Virus record (IMG/VR): IMGVR_UViG_3300032294_002926
DNA from: a virus
Lineage: Duplodnaviria > Heunggongvirae > Uroviricota > Caudoviricetes
DNA: 64,000 bases
Direction: 5' to 3' (one strand)
A model generated the notes under the pieces. That model was given only the letters and a program-made list of their open reading frames with translations. It made no database searches and was not told where the DNA came from. Below are positions 10,136 through 19,305 of this stretch, piece after piece. The stretch's first letter is position 1; every line of letters begins with the position of its first letter. A program made the translations under genes and the position numbers.

Positions 10136-12867
10136 GTAATAGTACAAGTGTAGTCAAAAGAAACGGGTCTATTGAATATCTTGATTTGAATAAACTTCAT
10201 CTCATGGTTGACGAGGCTTGTAAAGACTTGTCAGGAGTATCTGCAAGTCAAGTCGAAATGACTTCTGGTATTCAATTTTATGATGGAATCACAACAGCAG
10301 AAATTCAAGAAATTTTAATTAAATCTGCATCGGATTTAATTAGTTTAGATCATCCAAATTATCAGTATGTTGCATCTCGTCTATTATTGTTTTCAATTCG
10401 TAAAAGTCTTTATGGTGGACGAATTGATCTTCCGAGTTTATATGACCATATTAAAAAAGTAATTGATTTGGGATTTTATGATTCAAATATTTTGAATCTT
10501 TATACAGAAGAAGAATTTAATGAAATTAATTCTTATATTGATCATGATAGAGATTTCTTGTTCACTTATGCTGGTCTTCGTGAAATTGTAGACAAATATC
10601 TTGTTCAAGATAGAAGTAAAAAACAAGTATTTGAAACTCCTCAATACATGTACATGCTTGTTGCTTTAATTACATTTTCATCTTATCCAAAAGAATCTAG
10701 ATTAAATTATGTGAAGCGTTATTATGATGCTATCAGTAAACATAAAATTAATATTCCTACGCCGATTATGGCAGGAGTAAGAACGAATAAAAAACAATAT
10801 GCAAGTTGCACTCTTCTAGATTGTGGCGATTCTATGGAATCAATTATTGCAACGACAGGAGCATTAATGCGATATGTTGCAGCTAAATCCGGAATTGGAT
10901 TAAATGTAGGAAGAATTCGGGGATTAGGTTCTAAAATTCGTAATGGAGAAGTAGTTCATACCGGAATTGTTCCATTTATTAAAGCATTTGAAGGTGTTTT
11001 GAATTCATGTTGTGTAACTCCAGATACTTGGGTTGAGATATTAGAACCATTGCAAGATCTGAGCACGAAAATGACAAAAACTAAAAAAATTAAAATTAAA
11101 GACCTCCAGATTGGAGAAAAGATTAAGACTAAGGATGAAAATGGAAATATTGTTTTTAAAAGGGTGACTGATAAATTCAATACTATAGTATCTTCAGAGA
11201 ATCAAGTACTTTTAAGATTTACTAATGGGTCAAAATTAAATTGTTCTACTAATCATCCTATTTTGATTCTTGGTGATGGTGGCGAGTTTATAGAGAAATT
11301 GCCAATGGATATTTCTGATTCTGATAAAATTATCACAGAATCGGGTGTTACTAATTTATTATCTATAGATAACTACCAACAAAACGATATCAATTATATA
11401 GATATAACAGTAGAAGATTGCCATACATTCTTTGCTTCAGATACTGAATTCGAAGAAATGATTTTAACTCATAACAGTCAAGGAGGTCTTCGTAAAGGAT
11501 CTGCAACCTTGTTTTTTCCCATTTGGCATCAAGAAATCAAAGAATTAATAGTGCTTAAAAATGAAAAAGGAAATGATGAGAATCGTGCTCGTTCTTTAGA
11601 TTATGCCGTGTCCATCTCAAAAATTTTCTATGAGAGATTTATCAACAATGAAGAAATTACTCTCTTCTCTCCACATGACGTTCTTGGTCTGTATGATGCT
11701 TTTGGTACTGATAGATTTGACGAGTTATATGTTCATTATGAACGAGATGAGTCTATTCCAAAGAAAACTGTTAATGCTCAGGAACTCATTCTTGAGATTT
11801 TAAATGAAAGAAGTGATACTGGTCGAATTTATATTCTGAATATTGATCATGCAAATAGTCATGGTCCATATACAAAAACGATTCGTATGAGTAATCTTTG
11901 TTTAGAAATTTGTTTGTTGACGGATCCTATTGAACATATTGATGATATAAATGGTGCTATTGCTCTTTGCATTCTTTCTGCATTAAATGCAGGAACTATC
12001 AAGAATGAAAAAGAATTGGAAGAATGTTGTGATCTTTCCGTGAGATCTTTGGATGAATTGATTGACATTCAAGAATATCCAGTAAAAGCAGCTGAAATTG
12101 CAACAAAAAGATATAGACCTCTTGGAATTGGCATCATTGGACTTGCACATTATCTTGCAAAATTAGGATATAATTACGAAGATTCTGATGCATGTAATTC
12201 TGTTCATAGGTTGTCAGAAAGTCTTCAATATTATCTTTTGAAAGCATCAAATCAACTTGCAAAAGAAAAAGGTATTTGCGAAGGTTTCAGTGATACGAAA
12301 TATTCACAAGGAATTCTTCCAATTGATACTTATAAAAAAGATGTTGATGAATTTTGTACAGAACCCTTACAACATGACTGGGAATCTTTGAGAAGAAATA
12401 TTATGGAATATGGTTTGAGGAATACAACTCTCACTGCAGCTATGCCATCAGAGACATCATCAAAAACGTCTAATGCCACTAATGGAATTGAACCTCCAAG
12501 AGGATATCTTTCTGTAAAGAGAAAAATCAAACAAATAGTTCCTCAATATTCAACACTCAAAAATAATTACACACTTCTTTGGGATATGAAGTCAAATGAA
12601 GGATACTTTAATATTGTTGCAGTGATGCAAAAATTCTTCGATCAATCTATTAGTGCGAATTGGAGTTATAATCCAGAAAATTATCCAGATAAAAAAGTAC
12701 CAATGAGTGTTGTCGTGAACGATTTTCTTCAAGCATACAAAAAGGGACATAAGACAGCATACTATATGAATACCTATGATGGTAAGAAAGATGATATGCA
12801 ATTAGATGATTTAATAAACGAAATTTTAGAACAAGGGGAAGAATCCTGTGAATCCTGCAAAATCTGA
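10120..12867 (+). CDS. nrdA: Ribonucleoside-diphosphate reductase alpha subunit (class Ia) carrying an in-frame mini-intein
   Basis: N-terminal ATP-cone; active-site regions QYASCTLLDCGDS, NLCLEICLL and GGLRKGSATLFFPIWH. Over 900 aa because of the intein insertion. Confidence 0.9.
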   Translation: MEKSMSNSTSVVKRNGSIEYLDLNKLHLMVDEACKDLSGVSASQVEMTSGIQFYDGITTAEIQEILIKSASDLISLDHPNYQYVASRLLLFSIRKSLYGGRIDLPSLYDHIKKVIDLGFYDSNILNLYTEEEFNEINSYIDHDRDFLFTYAGLREIVDKYLVQDRSKKQVFETPQYMYMLVALITFSSYPKESRLNYVKRYYDAISKHKINIPTPIMAGVRTNKKQYASCTLLDCGDSMESIIATTGALMRYVAAKSGIGLNVGRIRGLGSKIRNGEVVHTGIVPFIKAFEGVLNSCCVTPDTWVEILEPLQDLSTKMTKTKKIKIKDLQIGEKIKTKDENGNIVFKRVTDKFNTIVSSENQVLLRFTNGSKLNCSTNHPILILGDGGEFIEKLPMDISDSDKIITESGVTNLLSIDNYQQNDINYIDITVEDCHTFFASDTEFEEMILTHNSQGGLRKGSATLFFPIWHQEIKELIVLKNEKGNDENRARSLDYAVSISKIFYERFINNEEITLFSPHDVLGLYDAFGTDRFDELYVHYERDESIPKKTVNAQELILEILNERSDTGRIYILNIDHANSHGPYTKTIRMSNLCLEICLLTDPIEHIDDINGAIALCILSALNAGTIKNEKELEECCDLSVRSLDELIDIQEYPVKAAEIATKRYRPLGIGIIGLAHYLAKLGYNYEDSDACNSVHRLSESLQYYLLKASNQLAKEKGICEGFSDTKYSQGILPIDTYKKDVDEFCTEPLQHDWESLRRNIMEYGLRNTTLTAAMPSETSSKTSNATNGIEPPRGYLSVKRKIKQIVPQYSTLKNNYTLLWDMKSNEGYFNIVAVMQKFFDQSISANWSYNPENYPDKKVPMSVVVNDFLQAYKKGHKTAYYMNTYDGKKDDMQLDDLINEILEQGEESCESCKI
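11011..11475 (+). other. Mini-intein (155 aa, no endonuclease domain) inserted in nrdA between ...LNSC and SQGG...
   Basis: Starts CVTPDTWVEIL (block A) and ends ILTHN with +1 Ser (block G). The insertion sits just before the conserved GG(L/I)RxG extein motif. Confidence 0.75.
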
Positions 12868-14011
12868 TATCGAGGGTATGACTGTTTTCAATTCAAACAA
12901 TTCGGATTATACTAAACAAAATATGTTCTTTGGATCTCCTTTAGGAATTCAAAGATATGACATTCATAAGTTTCCGGTCTTTTATAAATTAACTCAAGAT
13001 CAACTTGGTGCTTTCTGGAGACCGGAAGCATATCCACTCACAAAAGATAGAGCGGATTATCAAAAACTTAGGCCAGAACAAAAGCATATTTTTACTTCAA
13101 ATTTGAAGTATCAGATTATGCTTGATTCTGTTCAGGGTAGAGGCCCTGGATTGGCATTTTTACCATATTGTTCATTGCCAGAACTTGAATCAGCAATGAT
13201 TGTCTGGGAATTTATGGAGATGATTCATAGTTATTCATATACTTATATCATTAAAAATGTTTATTCAAATCCTTCTGAAGTATTTGATAAAATTATTGAT
13301 GATGAAAATATTTTGGAAAGATCAAAAACTGTTACAAGTTCTTATGATGATTATATTCAATCAGCACAAAATTATTCATCATCGAATCTTTGGAAATTCA
13401 ATAATGAAGGTGTTCCCTTAGGTAAAGACGAACTTTATGAAGTTAAAAGAAAATTATATCGTGCTGTTGCTAATGTAAATATTTTAGAAGGAATTCGTTT
13501 TTATGTTTCCTTTGCATGTTCATTTGCATTTGGTGAACTTCATTTGATGGAAGGATCGGCAAAGATTATTTCTAAGATTGCTTTAGACGAAAGACTTCAT
13601 CTTTTCCTTACTCAAAATATTCTAACAAAATGGAAAAATGGATCCGATGATCCAGATATGAAAAAAATTGCCATTGAAGAAGAACCTTATTTCTATGAAA
13701 TGTTTAGAAAAACTGCAGATGAAGAAAAGAAATGGGCGCAATATCTTTTTAAAGATGGATCTATGATTGGATTGAATGATAAACTCCTTTGTAATTATGT
13801 TGAATGGATTACAAACCGTAGAATGAAAGCAATTGGATTGAAACCAATTTATGATATTGCAGCAAATAATAATCCTCTTCCTTGGACCGAAGATTGGTTG
13901 AATAGTAAAAATGTACAGAATCCTCCGCAAGAAGAACCTTTAGAGGCTTATATTGTTGGTGGAATTAAGTCGGATGTGAAACCAAATAGTTTTTCTGGAT
14001 TTAAGTTATGA
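12848..14011 (+). CDS. nrdB: Ribonucleoside-diphosphate reductase beta subunit
   Basis: Ferritin-like di-iron ligand regions (EGIRFYVSFACSFAFGELH, ALDERLHL); follows nrdA with an overlapping start. Confidence 0.85.
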   Translation: MNPAKSDIEGMTVFNSNNSDYTKQNMFFGSPLGIQRYDIHKFPVFYKLTQDQLGAFWRPEAYPLTKDRADYQKLRPEQKHIFTSNLKYQIMLDSVQGRGPGLAFLPYCSLPELESAMIVWEFMEMIHSYSYTYIIKNVYSNPSEVFDKIIDDENILERSKTVTSSYDDYIQSAQNYSSSNLWKFNNEGVPLGKDELYEVKRKLYRAVANVNILEGIRFYVSFACSFAFGELHLMEGSAKIISKIALDERLHLFLTQNILTKWKNGSDDPDMKKIAIEEEPYFYEMFRKTADEEKKWAQYLFKDGSMIGLNDKLLCNYVEWITNRRMKAIGLKPIYDIAANNNPLPWTEDWLNSKNVQNPPQEEPLEAYIVGGIKSDVKPNSFSGFKL

Positions 14012-14176
14012 GATAAATGAAACCAACATTACTAATTCAAGATAGTAATTATGATGAATGGTGTGAAGAAGAAATTAGAATAGCACATAAAAATGCTGCA
14101 ACTTTTGATAATTTTATGTTCGGTGATTATGATTACCAGGAATTATGGTTAGATAATACCTCAAACGATACTTTTT

Positions 14177-14200
14177 AAGAGTCTTTTAGACTCTTTTTTT
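14177..14200 (+). terminator. Rho-independent terminator after nrdB
   Basis: aagagtc-tttt-agactct hairpin followed by a T-run. Confidence 0.5.
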
Positions 14201-14209
14201 ATAAATATT

Positions 14210-14217
14210 TTCATAAG
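14210..14217 (+). promoter_or_regulatory. T4-type late promoter box TATAAATA
   Basis: Exact TATAAATA directly after the terminator, upstream of the 14231 ATG. Confidence 0.45.
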
Positions 14218-14230
14218 AATAGATGTAAAA

Positions 14231-15385
14231 ATGTCAAAAATTACTGTTGATGAAGTTAAAGATTTAATGGAAGCATATTCTTCTGTGTATAATGAATCTG
14301 AATTTACAGAAGATGAAACTTGGGAACAGGTGGAAAAATGGGTAAACAATCTTGTAGATGAAGGATATGATCTTAGTGATTATAGTTGGAGCGATATGTA
14401 TGAAGAATATTTGAATGAAATAGCTGTAAATATGGGCGGGAAAAAACAATTGGAAAAGCAGCAAAAAGATAAAGAATTTCGAAGTAAAGTAGATAAATTA
14501 AGGCAGCAAAGATTTGGTGGAAGTAAAAAATCTACTGGATCTTCTGTCGATATTCTTTCAAGAAATCCTATTACTTCAGGAATTGAAAAATATAAATCTG
14601 CTGGACCTCGTGATGTAAAAGGGCGACCACTCAATAATCTTTTTGCAAAAACTAAACCATCTGATACTGCTAAAGAACCGCCATCTACCAAGGGTGGTAC
14701 AACTACTAAAGCACCTCCAGCACCTTCTGCTAAACCATCTGCTCCAGTTAAAGAGGCACCTAAGGCGTCTCCAGCACCTTCTGCTAAACCATCTGCAGCA
14801 CCTGCTGTCAAGACATCACCCACTGCTAAAGCATCTCCAGCACCTTCTGCTAAACCATCTGCTCCTGTTAAAGCGACACCTGCACCTAAAGGTTCTTCTG
14901 ATGTGAAATCATCTGCAAAAGCATCAACAGCGGAAAAAATCTCTAAAGGAATGAATGTTTGGAAACAACAAAAATCTGCTGGTGATATGAAAGGTGCAAC
15001 TGAAACTGGTAAATCGATTTGGGCACTTAAGAATCCAAAACTTGCGGCATCTGCTGCAGAAAGAGAAAGAACTCGTGGTACAAAACAAACTGACAACCCT
15101 CTTATGAGTGGAATGAAATCAAAACTTCCTGATGCACCTAAAGGTCCAGATGTTGTTGCTAAAACGAAAGAAATTGCATCTAAACCAGTGCAACCTACTG
15201 TAGAACCACCAAAAACAAAATCTCCAAGAGAACTTAGATTAAACATGGAGATGGAGCATGATGCCTATAATGTTGTTTTAGAATATCTCTTCTCACAGGG
15301 GCATGTAGATACCTTAGATGAAGCGCATTATGTTATGATGGAAATGACTGCTGAAACTATTCAGAGTATTTGTGAAGATAAGTGA
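14231..15385 (+). CDS. Hypothetical protein with an acidic N-terminus and a Pro/Ala/Lys/Ser-rich repetitive core
   Basis: SPAPSAKPSA units repeated at least 3 times (DNA repeats ~14717-14880); strong terminator downstream at 15408-15434. Confidence 0.5.
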   Translation: MSKITVDEVKDLMEAYSSVYNESEFTEDETWEQVEKWVNNLVDEGYDLSDYSWSDMYEEYLNEIAVNMGGKKQLEKQQKDKEFRSKVDKLRQQRFGGSKKSTGSSVDILSRNPITSGIEKYKSAGPRDVKGRPLNNLFAKTKPSDTAKEPPSTKGGTTTKAPPAPSAKPSAPVKEAPKASPAPSAKPSAAPAVKTSPTAKASPAPSAKPSAPVKATPAPKGSSDVKSSAKASTAEKISKGMNVWKQQKSAGDMKGATETGKSIWALKNPKLAASAAERERTRGTKQTDNPLMSGMKSKLPDAPKGPDVVAKTKEIASKPVQPTVEPPKTKSPRELRLNMEMEHDAYNVVLEYLFSQGHVDTLDEAHYVMMEMTAETIQSICEDK

Positions 15386-15407
15386 GAATTTCCTGACATA
15401 ATATCTT

Positions 15408-15434
15408 AGAGGTCTTGACAAGACCTCTTTTTTA
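15408..15434 (+). terminator. Rho-independent terminator (agaggtctt-gaca-aagacctct + T6)
   Basis: Perfect 9-bp stem and T-run. Confidence 0.6.
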
Positions 15435-15526
15435 TGATTAGAATAGGTTTGTTACCGATGGTGAATACGTTATAACTAAAAACTTTTAGAGACTCTTAAA
15501 AAGCCTTAAGAAAAAAATAAATATTC

Positions 15527-15967
15527 TTATTCATTTACCAAGGAATGTTCTACTAGATTGTAAATGTTACTAACTTCTGATGAGAAATACTTACCTTCTA
15601 TATTTGTATTATAATAATCTTCTTTAAGAATCACGTCTCTTTTAAATTGCTCCATAGTTTCATAATAAGACATTGATTTTTTATGAGGACATAAATGCAA
15701 TATTTCCTTGAAGAACTTATCTTCACCAAGCATTTTTACATCTTCTTTGAGTTCATCACAAGAACTTAGATATTTTTTCCAATCACTTTCTCTCTTTTTT
15801 CTACGACCAGTTTTACGATCCTTTTGTCTCGTCCAGAAATTCTTTTTACCGATATATTTCTTTTGATTTACTACATTTGTAATAAGATAAACAAATCCTT
15901 CCATATGATCTGGCACCTCATTAAAATCTGAATTACGATACTGCCATTCCATGTAAACGAAATACAT
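15527..15967 (-). CDS. GIY-YIG family homing endonuclease (free-standing)
   Basis: GFVYLITNVVNQKKYIGKK is the GIY-...-YIG motif. Opposite strand to its neighbours, typical of an inserted homing endonuclease gene. Confidence 0.6.
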   Translation of the reverse strand: MYFVYMEWQYRNSDFNEVPDHMEGFVYLITNVVNQKKYIGKKNFWTRQKDRKTGRRKKRESDWKKYLSSCDELKEDVKMLGEDKFFKEILHLCPHKKSMSYYETMEQFKRDVILKEDYYNTNIEGKYFSSEVSNIYNLVEHSLVNE

Positions 15968-16248
15968 TTGCTCAAGTAATATTTATGAGTCTTGACAGAA
16001 TCCAGGAAATCATGGTAACGTCATAGCAGTCACTCAAAAAATATGAATTATAGTGAAGTCTTATCGGATACATATGAATGGGTAAATTTAAGAATTGAAA
16101 CTTTGAACTTAAAAAATCGAAAAGAGGATGCAGATTCTTTAAGAATTGAATTTTATGAATGGTTAAACGAGGATATCTCATGTCACGATATTTTCTTTAT
16201 TTAATATTATCTAAAAACTAAATAATTAAGAGTTTCATTTTCATCGAA

Positions 16249-16758
16249 ATGATTGGGCCAAATAAAAGACCACAAGACTTTGGTTTTAAAAAAGGTGATA
16301 GTCATTTAATCGTCAATGATATTAAAGAAACCATTAAAGGATTTAATTTTGAAGGTAAACTTTTATGGGAACTTCCTGCTTTAGCAAGAGGCCAGGGAAG
16401 TGATTATGAATATAAGTATACTAATACAGATACTCCACCAGGTCTTTACAAGATTTCTACCATTTATAAAGATTACGAAAATAATCCAAATCCTGCCTAT
16501 GATCGAACTTTAATGGCATATGGATGGTATAGTTTTGATTTAATCGATTTAGAAGGACAAGAAGGTAGATATTCTCGTGGTGGAATTATGATTCACGGTG
16601 GAGGTTCTGCTTGTGGATGGCCTGGTGCCTGGGATCCTTATCAGACATTATATTCTACTCATGGATGTGTTCGTCTCAAGAATATTCATTTAAGAGATTA
16701 TATTTTACCTCTTACAAAAAAAGGAACCGTTTATGTTTCCGTTTATCAAGAAGGTTGA
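16249..16758 (+). CDS. L,D-transpeptidase (YkuD) catalytic-domain protein
   Basis: IHGGGSACGWPGAWDPYQTLYSTHGCVRLKN gives the H...SHGC(V/I)RL catalytic signature. Confidence 0.65.
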   Translation: MIGPNKRPQDFGFKKGDSHLIVNDIKETIKGFNFEGKLLWELPALARGQGSDYEYKYTNTDTPPGLYKISTIYKDYENNPNPAYDRTLMAYGWYSFDLIDLEGQEGRYSRGGIMIHGGGSACGWPGAWDPYQTLYSTHGCVRLKNIHLRDYILPLTKKGTVYVSVYQEG

Positions 16759-16869
16759 ATCATCTAATTTTAAAAAAGTAATTTTAGACCAAATTCAAAA
16801 ACTTATGAATGAAGGTAATATAGAAGAAGCGGAGTTTCTTTATAAAAAATATTTTTTAGAAAAAAAGAA

Positions 16870-17256
16870 CTAATTTTTAGGATTTCGAATATGAGTATCT
16901 CTGGTAGTAAAATCTCTATTCCTTCCTCTGTTTGATTCAAAACCATGTGATTTATAAAACTTTGCCAGTTTTGCTTTTTTTCCTTTTTCTGGTGCTTGAT
17001 TTAATGTAATTCTTTTTCCTTGCTTATCTGCATATTTTGTCAATCCTTTCATAATTCTTCCTCCAATTCCTTTGTTTCTTTTTTCTGGAGGTAACCAAAT
17101 ATTATTTAAACGAATATCGTCTGTTGAAGTATGATGTGACGCATCTACATTAACTCCACGATGTTTTTTGGAATAAGCAGAAGATATTTTGTTCAAAACT
17201 TCTTTGGGTGATTTTGCTGCTTTTGCTTCCGAGATGAATTGTGAATATGTTTTCAT
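16870..17256 (-). CDS. Basic protein with a GNAT-like acetyltransferase motif; a 36-aa K/G-rich micro-ORF (17262-17370) lies upstream with an ATGA overlap
   Basis: RNKGIGGRIMKGLTKYADKQGKRITL resembles GNAT motif A (R/Q-x-x-G-x-G/A). Confidence 0.4.
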   Translation of the reverse strand: MKTYSQFISEAKAAKSPKEVLNKISSAYSKKHRGVNVDASHHTSTDDIRLNNIWLPPEKRNKGIGGRIMKGLTKYADKQGKRITLNQAPEKGKKAKLAKFYKSHGFESNRGRNRDFTTRDTHIRNPKN

Positions 17257-17586
17257 TTTCTTTTACCACCATTTTTTGCTTTTTTTGCCGTTGCATTGCC
17301 TTGATTTTGTTTATGTCGTTTATCACCAGAATTCCCTTTCTTTCCTTTATTCGGGGATTTTGACATTTTTATGATCACATTGTTACATACTATTTATTTT
17401 AGAGTCCACTTTCATAACTGGTTGACGTTATTGACAGATTCTAAATACTGGTATATTATGAGTTCACTCAGATAAAACTGAGTTTTCGTTATGAGTCATT
17501 GATTGACTTTTAGAGCCGTGGAGATTGCCTTCTGAAAAGAAGGATGTGCGCTTTCTTTATACGGATGTAGAGTTCTATTTACCCTA

Positions 17587-18225
17587 ATGCTTAAAACACT
17601 CACAAATGTAACCGTTGCACTTTTGAGCACGGTTGTAACATCAACGGCAATGCTGCCAACACCTAGTTTTGCAACTTCTTCGAATATTTTACAAGAAGTT
17701 ACATCTAAAGAGACAGGACTACCGAATACCAAAATTGGTGTTCCCGTAAAACCAAAAGCAAAACGATTAATTTGTAAGAGTTGTAATCGAAATGAGATTG
17801 TAACTTTAAATTTCCTTCAGGATCATGGCATCACCGATAAAAAGGCACTGGCCACAATCATGGGAAATATAAGACAAGAATCAACTTTTATTCCAAATAT
17901 ATGTGAAGGTGGATCCAGGGTCCCCTATCATCAGTGTAAATCTGGTGGAGTGGGAATTTTACAATGGACAGACCATACGCGATATTATGGGTTGGGTAGA
18001 TTCGCTGCCCGTATTGGAGGTGATCCATCATCTCTAGACACTCAATTACGTTATATGATGCACGAAATTGATTGGAAAAACATTGAACAACGAATGAAAA
18101 CTCCGGGCGGAAGTATCGAATACTATATGCGTTTAGCACGAACATGGATTCGATGGGGGCATAAAGGTCCAAGAACCGATTATGCTTATGATTATGTAAA
18201 ACGAATAGGTTTCTCTGAAACCTGA
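17587..18225 (+). CDS. Secreted peptidoglycan-hydrolase-like protein (phage-tail-lysozyme-like GNIxxES motif) with a signal peptide
   Basis: N-terminal signal peptide MLKTLTNVTVALLSTVVTSTAMLPTPSFA; ALATIMGNIRQESTFIPN resembles the phage tail lysozyme (PF18013-like) motif. Confidence 0.45.
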   Translation: MLKTLTNVTVALLSTVVTSTAMLPTPSFATSSNILQEVTSKETGLPNTKIGVPVKPKAKRLICKSCNRNEIVTLNFLQDHGITDKKALATIMGNIRQESTFIPNICEGGSRVPYHQCKSGGVGILQWTDHTRYYGLGRFAARIGGDPSSLDTQLRYMMHEIDWKNIEQRMKTPGGSIEYYMRLARTWIRWGHKGPRTDYAYDYVKRIGFSET

Positions 18226-18394
18226 TGTAAATGAGACACTTTTCATGAGTGTCTCACTCCAAGGCGGCAGACTAGAATCTGCATAAGGGGGGATCCAAAT
18301 CCCCCATGCCTACTTGTCAATTGTCTGACTTTATGTTATGATGATGCTGCAATTAAATACGCTCGCGTAGCCCAGCGGAAGAGGCAGTGGACTT

Positions 18395-19233
18395 ATGAAA
18401 AAAATGAGCCTCATTTGAGAAATCTTATGAGTGTAATTCCTCAAATTCGGTGAAACCTGTAAAATGGCAATACCGAGCCAAGCATCGTAAGATGAAGGTG
18501 TAGAGACTATTTTCTAATAATTAAAACCACATCTAGAATGTAGGAAAGAACAATGACAACTAAACGAGCAAAAAGTCTTTTATTAGCTATGTCCATTGGT
18601 GATGGAACAGTTCGCAAGGATAGTCCAGAACTTCAAATTGGTCATAGTGTAAAACAAAAAGATTATTGTCAGCAAAAAGCAAAACTTCTTGGAGAATGCC
18701 TAGAACGAAACATTAATACTCATCAAAAAACATATGGTGATTATGATTGTGTTCGTTTTAGTGTTTATCATCCATATTTAAAATTTGTTAGAAATTGGTT
18801 GTATAAAAACAATCAAAAAACTCTCACTATTAAAGTTTTGAGAAGGCTAACAGACGAAGCAATTGCTATTTGGTATATGGATAATGGAAGTCTTTATACT
18901 AAAAAAAGAAATGGAATTCCTCACGCATTTGAACTTGTTATTTCAACTTGTTGTTCTACAATAGAAGAAGCACAACCAATTTGTGATTTCTTTTATGAAA
19001 GATATGAAGTTAAAATGAAAATTAAAAAAATGAAAGGAGGATTTTCCATTCGTTGCGGAACACAAAATGCTCGTAAGTTAATTTCTATTTTAGAACCTTA
19101 TTGTATGTCTGGAATGGAATATAAGTTCAAACCAATTTTAGAAAACTAGACGGGGAACACCTAAACCGAAAGGTATGGTGAAGATATAGTCCAGACCACA
19201 AACCGAAAGGGTAGTGAAAACTATAGTGGTATG
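18395..19233 (+). mobile_element. Putative group I intron (839 nt) in the tRNA anticodon loop, carrying a LAGLIDADG homing endonuclease ORF
   Basis: Exon halves flank it precisely; terminal G before exon 2; internal repeated aaaccgaaagg elements. Confidence 0.55.
18553..19149 (+). CDS. LAGLIDADG homing endonuclease (two-motif, single-chain) encoded in the tRNA intron
   Basis: LLLAMSIGDGTV (motif 1) and AIAIWYMDNGSL (motif 2). Confidence 0.7.
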   Translation: MTTKRAKSLLLAMSIGDGTVRKDSPELQIGHSVKQKDYCQQKAKLLGECLERNINTHQKTYGDYDCVRFSVYHPYLKFVRNWLYKNNQKTLTIKVLRRLTDEAIAIWYMDNGSLYTKKRNGIPHAFELVISTCCSTIEEAQPICDFFYERYEVKMKIKKMKGGFSIRCGTQNARKLISILEPYCMSGMEYKFKPILEN

Positions 19234-19305
19234 AAAATCCACCCAGGGTCGGTTCGAATCCGACCGCGAGTATTGAACTGGTAAACATAATAAATAACCT
19301 ATGAT

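Larger units (their letters stand above)
18361..19272 (+). tRNA. Intron-containing tRNA: exon 1 18361-18394, exon 2 19234-19272; spliced anticodon loop CUUAAAA gives anticodon UAA but a class I (short variable arm) body
   Basis: Acceptor halves gctcgcg / cgcgagt are 7-bp complementary (G1-U72). D-arm gccc-agcggaag-aggc. Anticodon stem gtgga/tccac. T-arm gtcgg-ttcgaat-ccgac. Insertion falls between U34 and A35, follows a U and ends in G as for cyanobacterial tRNA-Leu(UAA) group I introns. Confidence 0.6.

Noticed and set aside
14380-15246. 288-aa minus-strand ORF antisense to the Pro/Ala-rich gene
   Set aside because: It lies entirely inside the + strand gene, is Gly/Ala-rich because it is the complement of a GC-richer repetitive stretch, and has no start context. 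It is a shadow ORF.
18233-18255. Hairpin gagacac-N9-gtgtctc after gene 17587..18225
   Set aside because: No downstream T-run, so it is not called as an intrinsic terminator. It may still be a processing or stability hairpin.
18262-18312. tRNA-like fragment (gcaga-ctagaat-ctgc, ggggg-atccaaat-ccccc) before the intron-containing tRNA
   Set aside because: It has only anticodon-like and T-like hairpins with the wrong loop sizes and no acceptor or D-arm partner, so it is probably just stem-loops or a tRNA remnant.
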